Source of the DNA: Trichosphaerium sp. ATCC 40318
Taxonomy: Eukaryota > Protista > Tubulinea
Length of the DNA stretch: 64,000 nt
Reading direction: 5' to 3'
NCBI GenBank assembly: GCA_038496445.1
Contig: JALMLS010000418.1
Span: forward strand, 224,264 to 288,263
Below the pieces are notes generated by a model that was given only the letters and a program-made list of their open reading frames with translations, was not told the origin of the DNA and did not search any database. Each line of letters opens with the position of its first letter. Within the stretch, counting starts at the first letter, position 1. Below are positions 61,423-64,000 of the stretch, piece after piece. Both the position numbers and the translations under genes were made by a program.

Positions 61423-62160
61423 ATGGCAACTTGTAGACGTAAGACGGCGGGGTTAAAGCCTTCGCGTATGGCAACCATGTACAATGATATTGTGCCTGAA
61501 ATCTCTGCAAGGCGAATGCAAGAAATGCCCGCTGCTACAAGTGCCGTAAATCCTATATTCAACGGCCTTTCCGCACGTAAAATGCAGACGATACAGCAAA
61601 ACAACCCAGCAACAAATAGCCGCAGACGAAACAGCCCACAGGCGCCTAAGGCAACGAAATATGAACCTACCATTACTTCTTACATTTTAACGAACGAGTA
61701 CGTTTTACTTTAAAATCACTTTAGCGTTGGCTCTTGTATTCATATGATTATCGTCTCAGTTTAGAATTAATTAACGCTTGTACAGACAAACAAGGATAAA
61801 TCCTGCCGAATACGCGCCAGTTGATTTCACCAAGCAACAATCCGAGTATACAACTGCTTTTTAAGATACAGTTTCTTAACCTTATTGACACGTAATAGTT
61901 TCAGCCCTATTCTTATCGCAGATGATGAACAGATTACTAGAGAACTCAAAGGTTTGTCTAATTTGCTTGATGCTGGCTTTATAACACCAAACGAGTACAA
62001 CAAACGTAGAAAATGTTTGTTGGTGTCACAAAAGTTGACATCTGACCGTTTGTACATGGTATGACTAGACAACATTTGTTTTTTTATGTTTTAGAGTTCA
62101 ACAAACTAAATCCGTTTGTGACAAGGTTTTCCAACCTCGATGGGAATGGATGTGATTAGA
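61423..62160 (+). CDS. Small protein with C-terminal SHOCT-like motif
   Basis: Low-complexity N-terminus, then ELKGLSNLLDAGFITPNEYNKRRK (L..L.D.G.IT..EY...K). Exon structure uncertain. Confidence 0.45.
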
Positions 62161-62944
62161 GTGACAAAGAAATGTAGAATAAACTGATAACAAAATACAA
62201 ATTTGGAGTTACTGTTATTTTACACTGAGCGCAATAAGGAGGAGTATTAGATGGTAGTCACTGTCTGATAAATGCTGTGCAGTACAACAAGCTGTTATCA
62301 TGTATCCCATAATGAATTAGTACCTACACTTTTTGGAGGTGAAACAAGTAGTAGGACTATTGGGAGACCACTATACCCATAAGTGAATTGATTACTGTTG
62401 CAATCTATTTTCCCTTTGAATTTTTCGCCTCACGTAACATACTCTGGGAACAGAGCCAGTAGATGTTGCTCAACCAACAGCTTAAACTCAATTGAGTGGT
62501 TTATAGTATTGTTGTGAATCTTCAATCCAAACCAATATCTCTTACTACCAACCAATTCTGTGGAATCACCGGGAGATATACTTACTTTTTTCTTCACGTG
62601 GCAGGGGAGATATAACATATACTTGCTGTTGTTGATGATTTAGACACAAAGTGCACTGTGACGATTGAATGCTCGTATTGAGGCAGTGCTAAAATACACA
62701 ACAAGTGCGCTTGATATTCACTTGACACTTTTGCTGAATACAAGATATTGCAAACTTACACCAGAAAATTGTGAGAATCAAGTAGACAAACTCTTTTTTT
62801 ATTTTTTATGGCTATTTTGTAATTGGTTTAAGCTCACTACTGGACCCTTTGGATATTATACTATAATGAAACAAGTACAAACATACTAGAATAACTGTCC
62901 ATACAGCATTAAGCGCAAGTAATCCAATACCCTACTTTTGAGTA

Positions 62945-64000
62945 CAGGTCTAAAAATTAAAGTGGTATATACCAGTTTTTTTATGGTATATACCACTTTT
63001 TTCAACAAAATGGTATATGAACTGGTATATACCATTTTGAAATACCACTTTTTTTAGAAATTAAGTGAATAAAAAAGAGGTATATGGAAGTGGTATATAC
63101 CACTTTTCATTCACATAATGAGACCTTCTAAAAATGGTATATAAAGTGGTATATACCACTTTTTTATGGTATGTGGTATATACCACCTTTTTATTGGTAT
63201 ATACCACTTTTATGGTATGCTTCAAGAAGGTCATTAAGGAGCTTTTTGGTAATGGGTTTTCTTGTTGAATGATCATAGACGTCATACATTGAACGGTGTG
63301 TAGGGACCTTAGTATATCATAGAATCTAACCAAACCAAGCTCATTCGAACCGCAGGACCTGATTCCAGTACCAACATTAAGGAAACTATATTGCAGGTAT
63401 TATACAGACGTTCGTGGGTACCAGACAAAGTTTTATTTTATTTTCGTTTGATATACATTAACCGACCTCCGTAGACCTTAGTAATTGATGGATTCAGGTG
63501 GAACCACTTTCATTAGGTGCGCAGCATGTTTTTACAGTAGGTACAGCAAGATCATGGAGATGGACGAATTTTCCAGACGCCCATAGTAATGTAACTGTAG
63601 TGGACATTGTCCAAAACTTGTAACTCACAAACTGTGTATTAAATAAAGTGTATTTTCTGGAATTGCAGGTGTACCATAAGTAGACATAAAGTGGTATATA
63701 AGGGTGGTATATACCATGAAAAACTGGTATAAAAAAGTGGTATATAAGTGGTATATACCTAAAAAAGTGGTATAAAAAAGTGGTATATTTTTTTTTTTCT
63801 GGTGAAAAAAGTGGTATATTTTCTGTTTTTATACCTGTTTTTTTTGGTATATTGTTGGTATATTTGGTCAATATACACTTTTTTTGGTATATTTCAGTCA
63901 AAATATACCACTTTTTTGGTATATACCATAAAAAACTGGTATAAAAAAGTGGTATAAAAGTGGTATATACCAAAAAAACTGGTATATTTTTTTAGACCTG
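62945..64000. mobile_element. Non-autonomous DNA transposon (MITE/foldback-like), about 1.06 kb, with palindromic subterminal arrays
   Basis: Terminal inverted repeat CAGGTCTAAAAA (62945-62956) / TTTTTAGACCTG (63989-64000). Arrays of (A)nGTGGTATATACCAC(T)n and half-sites at about 62958-63215 and about 63670-63990. TA precedes the left end. Confidence 0.75.

Noticed and set aside
62200-62900. Possible coding sequence before the TIR element
   Set aside because: No coherent exon chain or recognisable motif on either strand.
63061-63973. ORFs 63061-63333 and 63494-63973
   Set aside because: They are largely translations of the repeat arrays (YT/YIP/WYI periodicity).
62958-64000. CRISPR-like array of palindromic repeats
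   Set aside because: Spacers are short low-complexity A/T tracts of irregular length, the host is eukaryotic, there are no cas genes, and TIRs explain the structure better.

Overview
Gene-dense, AT-rich eukaryotic (protist) DNA with many short GT-AG introns, mostly about 35-70 nt, often with GTACG/GTAAG/GTATG donors, and the standard genetic code. Gene content and structure suggest an amoebozoan-like protist (inference). I assembled gene models by hand across introns, so boundaries are approximate. Conserved genes: ZIP transporter (partial), kinesin-8, PDCD5, threonine dehydrogenase, VPS10/sortilin-like receptor, eIF3j, RUN-RUN-Rubicon-homology protein, glutathione synthetase, ABC1/ADCK kinase, PAAF1/Rpn14, Lines homolog, SLC52-like transporter, RPL18 and a UBA-VIT-vWA protein. 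They are interspersed with duplicated or decaying accessory loci, and a palindrome-rich TIR element lies at the right end. The best candidate for an undescribed system is a PH + FixL-type PAS + STE20-like pseudokinase gene (37649-41284). Its PAS domain keeps the FixL heme-ligand His and distal Arg, while its kinase has HRN/DFS in place of HRD/DFG, so it may be a membrane-targeted heme/O2-sensing scaffold. Other highlights: a pair of Rab1-derived GTPases with an N-myristoylation motif and no prenylation site, a helical-repeat protein with a RAP/PD-(D/E)XK-like nuclease domain, a steep 5'-to-3' CpG gradient within genes, and strong enrichment of the (AT)CACGTG(AT) palindrome.
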